A stretch of DNA of 63,732 bases, counting the filler, from Octopus bimaculoides (lineage: Eukaryota): assembly GCF_001194135.2 (NCBI RefSeq). It is 5 parts of 4 records of this genome, joined end to end, with 100 filler letters (N's around TTAATTAATTAA, not from the genome) between each part and the next. Parts side by side here need not be neighbours in the genome. Positions count along the whole stretch, not along the records: positions 25,845 to 41,095 come from NC_069000.1; 4 more parts are not named here. The stretch is one strand, 5' to 3'. Positions within the stretch are counted from its first letter, which is position 1, and every line of letters starts with the position of its first letter. The position numbers were made by a program, and so were the translations under genes. Below, in pieces: positions 26,845 to 39,256 of the stretch. The notes under the pieces were generated by a model that saw nothing but the letters and a program-made list of their open reading frames with translations, was not told the origin of the DNA and did not search any database.

Positions 26845-28344
26845 CCTTAATTTATATAGCAATAAAAGATGGAGGGTATCAAGAGTTGGTATTCATCAAC
26901 TTATAGAGATTGTATTATGTCTATTTATTAATTTTTTTAAAAAGACAATTATAGCAATATACATACACGTATAACATATTATGCTTTACATATATAAAAT
27001 ATAAAAATACCAGTAATGATTAAATAATTAAAATATAAAAATGATCTATGTATATATAAAATTGAGAATATACGTCTGTGTGAATCCCTAAAACTCCAGA
27101 ACTACACAATCAATTTCATTCAAATTTTGCACATGCCTTACTTAGGGTCCCGGTTGTGTTTTAGTCAAAAAAATTTAACTCTCTTGCATACAACAACATC
27201 ATATCTCCTCCACTATTTAAGTATTACGTGTCAAAAGTGAAACAAAAACACTCATGTCATTCGAGCCGGAATCCCCAAAACATTGTTATTATTAAATTTA
27301 TGCATTTCAAATCAATTTGGAGATATTTGCTATCGAGTTGCAGATTTTTAACAATGCATTTGGTGATTATTTGCTTTATTTCTCGGGCAAAATTTACAAC
27401 TTAGAATAAAAGAATAAAATTATTATTTCATTAAAAAATTGATGAGCTTTGTTTTTAGTGATGACTTGAAATGGTAAATATTTTTTCTAACNNNNNNNNN
27501 NNNNNNNNNNNNNNNNNNNNNNNNNNNNNNNNNNNNNNNNNNNNNNNNNNNNNNNNNNNNNNNNNNNNNNNNNNNNNNNNNNNNNNNNNNNNNNNNNNNN
27601 NNNNNNNNNNNNNNNNNNNNNNNNNNNNNNNNNNNNNNNNNNNNNNNNNNNNNNNNNNNNNNNNNNNNNNNNNNNNNNNNNNNNNNNNNNNNNNNNNNNN
27701 NNNNNNNNNNNNNNNNNNNNNNNNNNNNNNNNNNNNNNNNNNNNNNNNNNNNNNNNNNNNNNNNNNNNNNNNNNNNNNNNNNNNNNNNNNNNNNNNNNNN
27801 NNNNNNNNNNNNNNNNNNNNNNNNNNNNNNNNNNNNNNNNNNNNNNNNNNNNNNNNNNNNNNNNNNNNNNNNNNNNNNNNNNNNNNNNNNNNNNNNNNNN
27901 NNNNNNNNNNNNNNNNNNNNNNNNNNNNNNNNNNNNNNNNNNNNNNNNNNNNNNNNNNNNNNNNNNNNNNNNNNNNNNNNNNNNNNNNNNNNNNNNNNNN
28001 NNNNNNNAGATCCATCGCCCAAACACCACTTCGTATCCACTTCTTCCTCCTTTTTATGTCTTCGTTTCTCTCTTCGCGTCGTTCTATGATCAGGTGAAAC
28101 CGGGCTTAGCTGCTAGTTAAATATAAAAATTATTAAATAGTTAAAATATGAAAATATAAAAAAACCAGTAATTATTAAATAATTTTAATAATTACTGATT
28201 ATTTTATATATTATATATGTAAAGCATAATATGTTATACATGTATGTATTTTGCTATAATTGTCTTTAAAAAAAAAAAAAGATATAATATAATGTCTATA
28301 AGTTGATGAATACCAACTCCTGATCCCTTCCATTTTCTTATTGC

Positions 28345-28350
<6 letters not shown>
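26845..28350. mobile_element. AT-rich fold-back element split by a Helitron
   Basis: About 190-bp inverted arms: GAGTTGGTATTCATCAACTTATAG...GCTTTACATATATAA at 26880-27000 versus the reverse complement at 28210-28325. Confidence 0.7.
27045..28116 (+). mobile_element. Non-autonomous Helitron
   Basis: A|TCTATGTATATATAAAATTGAG 5' end and ...AAACCGGGCTTAGCTGCTAG|T 3' end, inserted in an AT dinucleotide. The interior is partly a gap. Confidence 0.65.
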
Positions 28351-28377
<27 letters not shown>

Positions 28378-29928
28378 TCAAGTGTGTATACTACTGAAAG
28401 CCTTCTAAACTGCGGTATTCGTCTTGTAACACAGAAAAATAGCAGCCACAGCCGGAGATTGCCTAGCATTTGTGGTAAAATTGCTGGATCCGTATATCTG
28501 CTTGTGAGCTTCATCAGTAGTAAATATCCATGTCATGTCATGTCGGCTGATAGCTGATATAGTAAAAAGTAATTGAAAGGCCACCGACATCGCATTTAGC
28601 TTGCAGGCTGAAAAAAAAATTCATTAATAGTGATGCAAGCAATATTAAGTTCAAAATTAGCGATCTGTAATACATACTTAAAGCGTCTATATGTTGAAAA
28701 CCTTCTAAACTGCGGTGTTCGTCTAAGAAAATATCTCTTATGGACATGAGCAGCCGTGGATATTAACTCTGCCATTTATAGCCATCGTGGATATCTTGTA
28801 CTTCAGTTTAACGACTGAGTTTGTTTCAAACGTCCAATCGTTAAGTGAGAGGTCGTTAAGAGAGAGGCCATTTCAAACAGAAATAATTCTATGCAGGGGG
28901 GGGGGATTATGTCCTCGATTGTTACTACTTCTATAGCCATTCAAAAATCGCTAAATGTCATTTGGCCATAAATCAAACNNNNNNNNNNNNNNNNNNNNNN
29001 NNNNNNNNNNNNNNNNNNNNNNNNNNNNNNNNNNNNNNNNNNNNNNNNNNNNNNNNNNNNNNNNNNNNNNNNNNNNNNNNNNNNNNNNNNNNNNNNNNNN
29101 NNNNNNNNNNNNNNNNNNNNNNNNNNNNNNNNNNNNNNNNNNNNNNNNNNNNNNNNNNNNNNNNNNNNNNNNNNNNNNNNNNNNNNNNNNNNNNNNNNNN
29201 NNNNNNNNNNNNNNNNNNNNNNNNNNNNNNNNNNNNNNNNNNNNNNNNNNNNNNNNNNNNNNNNNNNNNNNNNNNNNNNNNNNNNNNNNNNNNNNNNNNN
29301 NNNNNNNNNNNNNNNNNNNNNNNNNNNNNNNNNNNNNNNNNNNNNNNNNNNNNNNNNNNNNNNNNNNNNNNNNNNNNNNNNNNNNNNNNNNNNNNNNNNN
29401 NNNNNNNNNNNNNNNNNNNNNNNNNNNNNNNNNNNNNNNNNNNNNNNNNNNNNNNNNNNNNNNNNNNNNNNNNNNNNNNNNNNNNNNNNNNNNNNAATCA
29501 GAGCTCAACTATCAAACTAATTTATGAGCGCATAACAAGTGATGGGCGATAAGATAAGTTCACTTGGGTAAGGAATGACCATGCTTCTTTTCTCTTTTGA
29601 TAATGCTTCTTGATCTTGTTCTTGTTTCAATCATGGCTGCCTCTGCGTAGTTATTTGTGTTGTTGTTTACTTTGTAAGACAGTAAGAGGAGAGGGTTGCT
29701 AGCACATCACCCTCAACCTACATTTTCTCCATCCACTTCTTTACTATATGGGGCCCAAACAAAATCCTATAATAGGTATAGATGCAAATCCATGTAATTA
29801 CTTGTCTCCTTCTAAAATCAGGCATAATTTGGCAATCGGTCGACTTACAACACTGTTCTTCGTCTTTACGTTTCCATTTTCATGATTTAGAAATAAAGTA
29901 TCATTGATGTGAATTATATAATTATCAA

Positions 29929-30125
29929 GGCGGCGAGCTTGCAAAATTATTAGCGTGTCAGACAAAATGCTTGACGATAATTGTTCTGGCTCTTTCCGCT
30001 CTGAGTTCAAATCCCACCGAGGTCAACTTTGCCTTTCGTCCTTTGATAGAATAAAGTACCAGTTGAGTACTGGAGTCGATGAAATTAACTATCACTTTCC
30101 CTAAGACTGCTGGCTTTGAGCTATG
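29929..30125 (+). mobile_element. Nin/Deu-domain SINE
   Basis: GGCGGCGAGC head, GAGTTCAAATCC B box, GTCAACTTTGCCTTTCGTCC core. Confidence 0.8.
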
Positions 30126-30235
30126 CAACGGACTGGCTATGGAAGCCGGGTAACTAACTTTATGAATTGTAGGGCTTAAGAAAAAAAATCATGAGTTATC
30201 GTTAAACGGAATGTCATTAAATGAGTCTATGCGAT

Positions 30236-30415
30236 CCGTCGACCAGCTAGAAATAGCAGCTTAACGTGATTCATCCCCGAATCACCTAGTATCTTGTAAA
30301 AATAAAAGGAAAGACGCATTGGATTATGCTGTGGATACAACGACTTTGGTCATACGTCTGCTCGATTAAGATTGATCTGTGGTTAAACAACATTCGCGAA
30401 AACAAGAGCAACAAC
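30236..30415 (+). mobile_element. Repeat family F (related: 1355-1440 +, 1530-1725 -, 31125-31340 +, 63235-63385 +)
   Basis: AGCTAGAAATAGCAGC...CTGCTCGAT...GG..TAAACAAC shared among the copies. Confidence 0.55.
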
Positions 30416-30434
30416 ACCCACACAAGCTAAGAAT

Positions 30435-31095
30435 CCGTATAGGCACAAAGCCTGAAATTTTAGGGGAGGGTTAAGTCGATTACATCGATCCCAGTGCTCA
30501 ACTGATACTTATTATATCGATTTTGAAGGCATGAAAAGTAAAGTCAACTTCGGCGCAATTTGAACTCAAAATGTAAAGCTGAAAGTAATGGTGCTAAGCA
30601 TGTTTTCGGGCGTGCCAGCTCGCCGCCCTATGAGAATCTGTAATAATGCTTTAAAATTTTGGCACAAAATCAGCAGTTTTTGAGGGGAGGGGTTAGTCAA
30701 TTACATCGACGCCAGTATTCACTTGGTACTTATTTTATCGATCCCAAAAGGATGAAAGGCAAAGTCGACCTCGGCAAAATTTGAACTCAGAACATAAGGG
30801 CGGATGGAATGTCGCTAAGCATTTTACGCGGCGTGCTAACGATTCTGCAATCTTGTCGGCTCAAAATGAAGTCATAATTCTTTCCACCATAGACACAAAG
30901 CCTAAAATTTTATGACGGGGGTTAGTCAATTACATCGACGCCAGTACTCAACTGGTACTTATTTTATGGACCTCGGAAAAGATGAAAGACAAAATCGACC
31001 TCGGCAAAGCTTTAACTCTGAACATAAAGACGAAAGACGGACGAAACGTCGTTAAGCAATTTGCTCGGCGTGCCAACGATTCGGTCAGTTCACTG
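30435..31095 (-). mobile_element. Three tandem same-strand Nin/Deu-domain SINEs
   Basis: Copies at about 30435-30630, 30652-30860 and 30880-31095. Confidence 0.8.
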
Positions 31096-32210
31096 TCCAA
31101 TGACAATTAGTAATGATACCAGCCTCGTCACTGGTAACAACACAAGCAGCATAGGAGCCAAGTCTCTCTCTTGAATCATTTCACAATCTTTAAAAAAAAA
31201 GAAGACATTGAATAATATGGTCCTAGAAACATTGTATCTAGAAAAAAAAAAGACAGGATGGTCATGCATGGATATAATGTCATGTGTGCTCGAGCAGATT
31301 TAATTTGAGGTTAAAGAACAACCTCACTACCACCAACTACAAAATCACTGATGCCATCCATACTGTTATTGACAGCATAACAACTGGATCGCTTTCAAAT
31401 CAATGACGTTATTTTCTTTTCTTTGTTTCTGCGGCCATGCTAGGGCACCGCTTGGAAGGGATTTAGTCGGACAAATCGAACTCCAGTACTTATGTCTTTA
31501 TTATTTTTTTTATTATTATTTTTTACGCCAGGTACTTATTCTATCGGTTTCTCTTGCCGAACCTCAAACTTACGAGGACGTAAACAAAACAACTCCGGTG
31601 GTGGGAGTGACAAACACAAGCACATAAACAACGATCTATTTATCTGTCTATATACAACGGGTTTCCACGCAGTTTCCGTCTACTAAAACTCACTCATAAA
31701 TCATTGGTCGACCGAAGGCTATAGTAGAAGACACTTACCAAAGTGCCACGCGGTTGAACTGAACCTGAAACGACATGGTTGCAAAGCGAGCTTCTTAACC
31801 ACACAAGCATATCTGTAGCTATAAATAGATATATCAAAGACTGATGTCTGACGTGATGGTCACCACTGGAATACATTTGATCATTTGAGTCAGGATTGGC
31901 CTGGGGATAAACAACAAATCACGCGAAGATAAACTTATCTAAATATGTCTTTCTTAGAGAGAGTCTCAACGTGGATGTCGTTATGAATATCTTGTTATAT
32001 ATCGCGTTAAAAAAATACTTGAGTGGAAAATGTTTTGAAGGCTATTTTTGTGGGACACGATGTAGTCTTCGACCGTTTATCCATCCAAGGTGATTTTCTG
32101 GGACTTTTTTCTTTCTCTCCGAACCTTTCATCTTTCTTCTTTCTGGTGAAGCGCCATGCTTGACACGTTTACACACCTCCTCTTTTTTCCATCTTATACT
32201 GAGCATCAGT

Positions 32211-32596
32211 GTGGAGGCGCAATGGCCCAGTGGTTAGGGCAGCGGACTCGCGGTCATAGGATCGCGGTTTCGATTCCCAGACCGGGCGTTGCGAGTGTTT
32301 ATTGAGAGAAAATACTTAAAGATCCACGAGGCTCCGGCAGGGGATGGTGGCGAACCCTGCTGTACCCTTTCACCACAACTTTCTCTCACTCTTACTTCCT
32401 GTTTCTGCTTTGCCTGTAATTCAAAAAGGGTCAGCCTTGTCACACTGTATCACGCTGAATATCCCCGAGAAGTATGTTAAGGGAACACGTGTCTGTGGAG
32501 TGCTCAGCCACTTGCATGTTAATTTCACGAGCAGGCTGTTCCGTTGATCGGATCAGCTGGAACCCTCGACGTCGTAAGCGACGGAGTGCCAACAAC
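32211..32596 (+). mobile_element. tRNA(Arg)-like SINE, family A, full length
   Basis: tRNA-like head with A and B boxes. 3' body CACGTTAATTTCACGAGCAGGCTGTTCCGTTGATCGGATC...GACGGAGTGCC. Confidence 0.85.
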
Positions 32597-33034
32597 TGAG
32601 CATCAACCTAATATATTCCGTGTGTACGTCCTCTTGACTTTTGTAGTCCTATTATTTTTAATTTTCGGTTTGCTTATTTTTAAACCTAATTTGATTTGGT
32701 TGGCTTTGCTTTTGTCGTTGGTCGACCGTATTGCAAAAACAGTAGCTTAACCATCTCTGTTGTACCTGGGCTCTTTCCAGAAGTAAGTGCCTAACCTCAG
32801 TTACACTTACCACCTTTCCACTTATGGATAAGTCACGAAGGAAAGACAATTCAGTACGGCTGCAACATCCAGGGAATCACAGGGAATACCACATATTGGT
32901 TAAGTAAGACCACACATATCTACCTTAGGGCTCCTCCTTCCGGATTTTCAGTAGGGGGTTACTTCATTAATCTTTTTTTTATAAGCGCTCAATAAATTAC
33001 TCCACAAGGCAGCATGGGTTTATTATTGGTTTTA

Positions 33035-34352
33035 AATTTTTGCACAAGTCCAGCATACTCGGGACAGTGGGTAAATCGATTACATCGATTTCAGTGCTCA
33101 ACTGGTACTTATCTTATCGATCCCGAAAGGACGAAAGACAAAGGTCAACCTTGGCAGAAGATGAACTCCGAATGTAAAGGTGGACGAAATGACACTAAGC
33201 ATATCACCCTGTGTGCTAACGGCTCTACCAATTCGTCGCCTTTGCATGAGGTTTATTAGTATAGTAGGCATAGTTTGTGCAGAACCAGTCCCACTCTCTT
33301 CTCCTTGAAGTTGTATTGGTCTGGTGCAACAAGTGCTATGAACCCAGTAGATATCAGGATGCAGGATATTAATGAAGTTACCTTCCCTTAGACGAGCAGC
33401 TAAAGAGCTGAAAGCCCTCATCTCCGCTGGGCCCGTTTGGGTGTCTGTTAGTGAAAGTTCCGTGACATGCTAATTAACCCCATATCGGGAACCCTGAACA
33501 GTGCTACTATTCCGGGTTAAAATAGATATGGGAACAATAATCCTTTCTACTCTAGGCACAAGGCGTGAAAATTGAGAGGAGAGGGATGAGTCGATTACAT
33601 CGACGCCACTACTCAACTGGTTTTTAATTTATCGACCCCGAAAGATGAAAGGCAAAGTCGACCTCGGTGGAATTTGAACTCAGAACGTAGCGACTGGCGA
33701 AATACTGCAAGGTATTTCGTCCAGCACGCTAATGATTCTGCCAGCTCGCCGCCTCTTCCGGGAATAATAATGGTTAACAAGTTGGTCCACACTTCTCAAA
33801 ACTTTTTAATTCCCAAACCAGGGCCCTGCCTCCGAATACAGTTTTATCATAGAAGGAATACTCTCTCTATATATATATACGTGTGTGTGTAACTGAATTT
33901 GCTTTGAGACTCACCCACTCTTGAAATTATTTATTTCACATCTTCTCGAAGCATCTACATTTTCACGATGTGAATAGGTACCTAATTTCGAACACCAAAA
34001 ATTCAAACACCCCAATATTTCTTGGTTTGCTATCATCGATTTTCGGCTTGACATGTTCGTTTCGTTTAGATTAAAATTAGCCGGATCAACGTAATTATAA
34101 TTGTCCATTGATCTGGTCTCTCATCATAGTCACCAGTCATATCGACCTATCAACTTAGCCAAAAGGTCAAGACAGAAATAATTTCTACAAGTTAATAATG
34201 ATGTCGCTGATGGAACCAGGAAATCAAAGTGAACCAGAGAAGAGGCGTATCCTCATATTTTATATTAGCTTTACATTTAGCAAAAGATAGCCAAGAGAGC
34301 TTTACAGTTGCTTATACAAACACATACGCGCGCGCGCGCGCGCTCTCACACA

Positions 34353-34384
<32 letters not shown>

Positions 34385-34712
34385 TGTTGTATGGTAAGGC
34401 ATCAACAAGTAGAATAACACTCGATCAGCCAAGATAATAAAGCTATTATTATAATGAAAACCACTGGGTATCTGTATTTCACAAGACCTGTGGTTTTTTC
34501 ATAATAATAATAATAATCCTTTCTACTATAGGCACCAGGCCTGAAAATTTTGGGAAGTGGGATAGTGGATTACATTGACCTCAGCTGGTACATAATTTAT
34601 TGACCCTGAAAGGATAAAGGGCAAAGTCGACCTCGACGGAATTTGAACTCAGAACGTAAAGATGGATTAAATGTCGCTAAGCATTTTGTCCGGCGTGCTA
34701 ACGACTCTGCCA
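33035..34712 (-). mobile_element. Three dispersed Nin/Deu-domain SINEs (about 33035-33243, 33541-33755, 34515-34712)
   Basis: Same consensus as the other copies. Confidence 0.8.
33915..34112 (-). CDS. Possible second exon of the divergent gene (phase 2 to phase 2, ...SMDNYNYVDPANF...NNFKSG)
   Basis: Open 198-nt frame between CAG (34115-34113) and a GTGAGT donor (33914-33909), phase-compatible with the 36857-36906 exon. The polypyrimidine tract is poor and no homology was recognised. Confidence 0.2.
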
Positions 34713-34746
34713 ATTTGCTGCCTAATAATAATAATAATAATAATGA

Positions 34747-35700
34747 TCCTTTCTTTATTGGCCTCAAGGGCCGAACGCAAAAACAATTAGGGACAATACA
34801 AAACAAGGGACAGGTGGGTTTAAAACAGAAAAAACCTGTAAACATTAAAAACAAAAGCTAACAAAAAAAATTAAAAAAACAAAATTCCCCAATAGTGGGG
34901 AGTTCCACCCAAGGCCAACCAGAGTACCCAAAACATCCTGGTCACCCCNNNNNNNNNNNNNNNNNNNNNNNNNNNNNNNNNNNNNNNNNNNNNNNNNNNN
35001 NNNNNNNNNNNNNNNNNNNNNNNNNNNNNNNNNNNNNNNNNNNNNNNNNNNNNNNNNNNNNNNNNNNNNNNNNNNNNNNNNNNNNNNNNNNNNNNNNNNN
35101 NNNNNNNNNNNNNNNNNNNNNNNNNNNNNNNNNNNNNNNNNNNNNNNNNNNNNNNNNNNNNNNNNNNNNNNNNNNNNNNNNNNNNNNNNNNNNNNNNNNN
35201 NNNNNNNNNNNNNNNNNNNNNNNNNNNNNNNNNNNNNNNNNNNNNNNNNNNNNNNNNNNNNNNNNNNNNNNNNNNNNNNNNNNNCGCCCTACACGTGACA
35301 ACAGCTAGTTCGGCAATGCTCCACAGGTCAGTAATGCACGGACACTGGACGAATGCATGCAGGACGGTTTCATCGCCCTGCGCACACCTCGGACAGGTCC
35401 GTCTGACAGCACTTCTGTGTCTGTAGAGCTTGTCTCGAATCAGCAGAGCTCCCCGGTAGCACTGCCAGGCCAGGGATTTCTGGAAGTTATCCACAGGCCC
35501 TGGCCCGACAGTCCTCCAGAAAAGACAAATTAGTTGATCCCTGTCGACGCCCAGAGTTTTCCCCGAGTACGTCATCGCTCTCTCCATCTACTAATCTCCT
35601 ATAAAACCCCATGGTGGAACTTCTACCGACTGCGTTGTCCGACTAGCAGAAGGCAGTGAGCGCTTGCCGACACTCCGAATTCAGGTGCTAAGCACCCTTT
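34747..35700 (-). mobile_element. L1/Tx1-like LINE 3' end with zf-RVT domain
   Basis: DNFQKSLAWQCYRGAL..RDKL...CPRCAQGDETVLHAFVQCP. T-rich 3' UTR with AATAAA running into (AAT/ATT)n. Confidence 0.85.
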
Positions 35701-36138
35701 CTTGGTCAAGGTGTTAAAAATTTTCAGGGTAACAAATGCCTCAAACGGTGCATAATGGCATAATGGAAAAATGTGTCGAAAATAATCTTCATCCTGGAAG
35801 ATTTCTTTTCTTTGCAATTTCTATTTTCGCTTATGTTAAACACAATATTTTAATCATTTACAAATGTTTCTAAGTGAATAAAATTTCAAAAATGTAAGCT
35901 GTTTGTACAGTATGTTTGTATGTCTTAGCTTTCTTTAAACAGACAATATTTTAATGCTTTTTAAAATTATTTTCAAGTGAATACCACTACAAAAATTGGA
36001 TTTTTTTAGGCACATTTAAAAAATATTCCAAAGTGAATATGACTTTAAAAATACGGTAGATATTTCGTAAAAGATCCGTTTGTAACTTCAGTGTGAAATA
36101 GTTATTTTCGAGTGCATTTAACGTATCTCCCCTCCAAT

Positions 36139-36251
36139 GATTTGGCTGCTATTTCTAGTACGCCCTGCTACCACGTAACAGCTATTTGCGATAAAGGACC
36201 CGAAATACTTGTTACGTGGTAGCAGGGCGTGCAAGAAATAGCAGCCAAATC
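36139..36251. repeat. 42-bp-arm hairpin formed from inverted copies of a SINE-like segment
   Basis: GATTTGGCTGCTATTTCTAGTACGCCCTGCTACCACGTAACA versus its reverse complement with 2 mismatches, 29-nt spacer. Confidence 0.9.
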
Positions 36252-36333
36252 TTTTCAACTTAAGAAGCAAAACTCTCTTGCTGGGAAACTCAGAGTTTAC
36301 CGGTGACCCAACAGATCACGGGTAGTCTAGTAC

Positions 36334-36369
<36 letters not shown>

Positions 36370-36478
36370 CATGTACGTGCATAAATTGAAGGCAACGAGC
36401 AATGACGTAGACTTGCAGGAGCAGATTATAGAGAGAGAAAAAAGAAGAGGTTAAAGAAAGAGAGAGACAGACAGACAG

Positions 36479-36544
<66 letters not shown>

Positions 36545-36856
36545 CTTCGACTGTTTACTAACACCGAACACCATGGAAGCAAAAGCGTGACAACAGTCAA
36601 CCAATCAGTCTGCAGCTTTTAGCTTGTTTTTCGGTGTTTCATGACAATAATATCTTAATAAAAAAATTTCCGAAATTTCTTTCAATACTTATCAACATAT
36701 TCCACAAGTTTTCTGCTCTTATTTACTGAAAATAGTTAGGTATATACTAATGATTAATGATTTGTGTCTGAAGTATTTTCATTATTGTAATCAATCAACA
36801 TTTTCTTTTCAAAAATAATAATAAAGTCGTAAAATCTATTCTAAGTCTTCACTTAC

Positions 36857-36906
36857 ACCGCCCACTGGATAAACTTTAGATAAGTTGGGCGCCGAGTTTC
36901 CTTCAT
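36857..36906 (-). CDS. Candidate first coding exon of an unidentified gene divergent from DYNC2H1 (MKETRRPTYLKFIQWAV...)
   Basis: AAC-ATG start, 16 codons + GT, then a perfect GTAAGT donor (36856-36851). Locally GC-richer than its flanks and 158 bp from the X-box. Protein not recognised. Confidence 0.35.
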
Positions 36907-37063
36907 GTTATCCGATGTTCTTTTTCCAAAGGTAATTTTTTAATATTCTGTTGTGACATTTTTATTATTTTTCTCCTAAGCAAATTGTTGAATATAATGG
37001 AAAATTTTGCTGAAGTAGGCTGTTTATTCGTTAATTTTCTTTTGCTGCATCTATCAATGTTAT

Positions 37064-37077
37064 GTTGTTATGGGAAC
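37064..37077. promoter_or_regulatory. RFX/DAF-19 X-box-like motif GTTGTTATGGGAAC, probable DYNC2H1 promoter
   Basis: Fits the X-box consensus GTHNYY-AT-RRNAAC. It lies 2 kb upstream of an acceptor-flanked first coding exon of a ciliary gene. A weaker site GTGTTAGGGGAAAC is at 37086-37099. Confidence 0.55.
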
Positions 37078-38139
37078 TAATGACGGTGTTAGGGGAAACG
37101 ACACAGTTTACCACATTCAAATGTCGTTTAATTATTGCCGTGGTATATCAAGCAAGAGTGTAACAAGTGTTTCGTTAACTACTTTGATATCGTTAATTAG
37201 CAAGGGCTACAAAGAACATTTGCAACATCTAAATGAGTGAAAAATAAAACCCACGCATTATATATATATATACACACACACAGAGCATCATATATATGCA
37301 TGAATATTGTTGATGTCTTAAGAATTTTACATTTACTTCTACCTTGTACTTGAGAATTTATAAAGTTCAAGAGAACATGAAAAGGTAATTCTTTTTTTGG
37401 AACGTTGCATCTTGAAGTAGATAAGCTATTATTTATAGCATATATGTTTCAAGATCCAACGTTCCTAAAGATATATATATATATTTATTTGTGACTAAAT
37501 TACTTGTTTGGGTAATCGTTAAAGTTAGAAAGTAACTGTCAAAATACAAGTTTTCGTAACTACATTAACAGTTTGTTTTTTTAAGTTATATATTGCAAAT
37601 AATTAAAGTTATTCATTTAACTTTAACAATCAAACACTTTCACTGCGAGCCGAACTTAATTAAGCTCTTTCATTCATTTTACTTTGACACAGTGAAATTA
37701 AAATTAACATTCTTACGTTTGTGTTGAATAATTTTACAGTATATGAAGTCTTTTTCTTGTGAAATGGAAAACAAAATTTAGAAGTTAAAGGAATAATAAT
37801 AATAAAAAAAACGTAGAAAGTAATTTTTTTCCTTCGTTTTATACTATAAGTTATTCATGTGTATATTGCACCGTAAGATCTAATGTTTATAATACCGTCG
37901 GTTGAAGTTTTTTATTTTATTTTATATAAATGTATGAGGTGACTGTATTAAAATTTATAACTTGTTCATGGACAATAAACAGATTTGTTATTTTCTTTTT
38001 CTTTAATGTCGTTCTAGACATGAGATATTCATTGATCTAAATCGGCTATTTCCCAGTTTTTATTAATGTTGCATTTTCATTTGCTTTTTTATCGACTTAA
38101 CGTTTTTCTCTGAAACAAAGTTGCATCACCATTCTGATG

Positions 38140-38985
38140 GCTTAGCAGAATCAGTTGAGGAGGACAAAGTGCCTTGCAATAAATATTTAGTTTGCGTCCC
38201 TTCTCCTTCTGAGTTCGAATCGCGCAAGTCCACTTTGCCTTCTATGTTTCATCAGTTCCATGAAATCGGTATCAGGATGGTTTAATTTAAGATATGGTCG
38301 TTTGTTAGATTCATTAGAGCGCCAGACATCTCATATTGTAGACGTTTGTGTTGTAAGCTCCAGTCCTGCCGAGGACAACTTTGCTCTTCATTCTTTCGAT
38401 AAGATGAAATACCAGTCCTGGATTGGCATCGATTTAACCCTTTGCTTACCCCGTGTGTCACCTGTATATACAGGACATTTCCGTGGCGTCCATGCATCAT
38501 GTATGGTATACAGTCCCAATTTTTTTTTCAACCACCTAAGTAATTTGGGACTTACGAAAGGAAAGTTTCTCAGAATGTATGAAACAAGGACTAACTAAAA
38601 GCCTGAAAACAAGCATGAACGTGTAGGACAAACTTACGAAAATGCTTTGGGCAGGCAAAATGTATTCTAGGTGTCAGATTATACAAGTCTAAGGAGATTA
38701 TGTTCTCTTCCATCACAAATTGGAGCTCCTAAGCAAGAAATCGTTTCACTTTCAAATTCCGCTGAGGTCGACTTTGCCTTTCATCCTTTTGGGGTCAATT
38801 AAATAAGTACCAGTTACGCACTGGGATTGATGTAATCGACTTAATCTTTTGTTTGTCCTTGTTTGTCCCCTCTATGTTTAGCCCTCCTGTGGGTAATAAA
38901 GAAATGAATGTACTCAGAACATAAAGATGGATGAAATATCACTTAAGCATTTTGCTTGGTGTGCTAACAATTATGCTTCTTTGCT
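38140..38985. mobile_element. Nin/Deu-domain SINE fragments in the DYNC2H1 5' UTR intron
   Basis: Pieces at about 38140-38270 (+), 38350-38450 (+), 38745-38905 (+) and 38905-38985 (-). Confidence 0.65.
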
Positions 38986-39070
38986 CTCGTACACTCTACA
39001 CTAATAATATAAACTGATTTGCTTTTCTGATGTTTCTTTTTCTTCTTGTTTCTCTTCTTAAATAGAAAAC

Positions 39071-39256
39071 ATGGCTGGAGATTCCCGTAAAGAATTTCTA
39101 CTGACATCTGTAGCTAATCATTTCAATATCCAGCTGAAAGATAACAATGTCTTGTACCAGAATGAAAGCCTCAATAACTTCCTTGATGATGAGAGTACAA
39201 CCATCTTGTCTTGTTATGTTAAAAGCAACACAAAGCAAATATTGTTCAACAATAGC
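39071..39256 (+). CDS. DYNC2H1: Cytoplasmic dynein-2 heavy chain 1, first coding exon (62 codons, phase-0 donor)
   Basis: MAGDSRKEFLLTSVANHFNIQLKDNNVLYQNESLNNFLDDESTTILSCYVKSNTKQILFNNS resembles the DYNC2H1 N-terminus as I recall it (D.RK.F..T...N.F ... NNFLDD). Donor AGC|GTAAGT at 39257. A polypyrimidine tract and AG at 39065-39066 precede AAAC-ATG. Confidence 0.9.

Noticed and set aside
25845-28978. Apparently identical 123-bp direct repeat at 25845-25967 and 28856-28978
   Set aside because: Both copies abut gaps, so this is most likely a contig-overlap artefact.
32216-32290. tRNA-Arg-like sequence (also 54805-54875, 16860-16915, 62082-62150)
   Set aside because: The acceptor stem is incomplete and the sequence runs into repeat bodies; these are SINE heads, not tRNA genes.
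32811-32870. Minus-strand GTAAGT donor as a third exon of the divergent gene
   Set aside because: Weak acceptor, very short open frame and repeat-like context.
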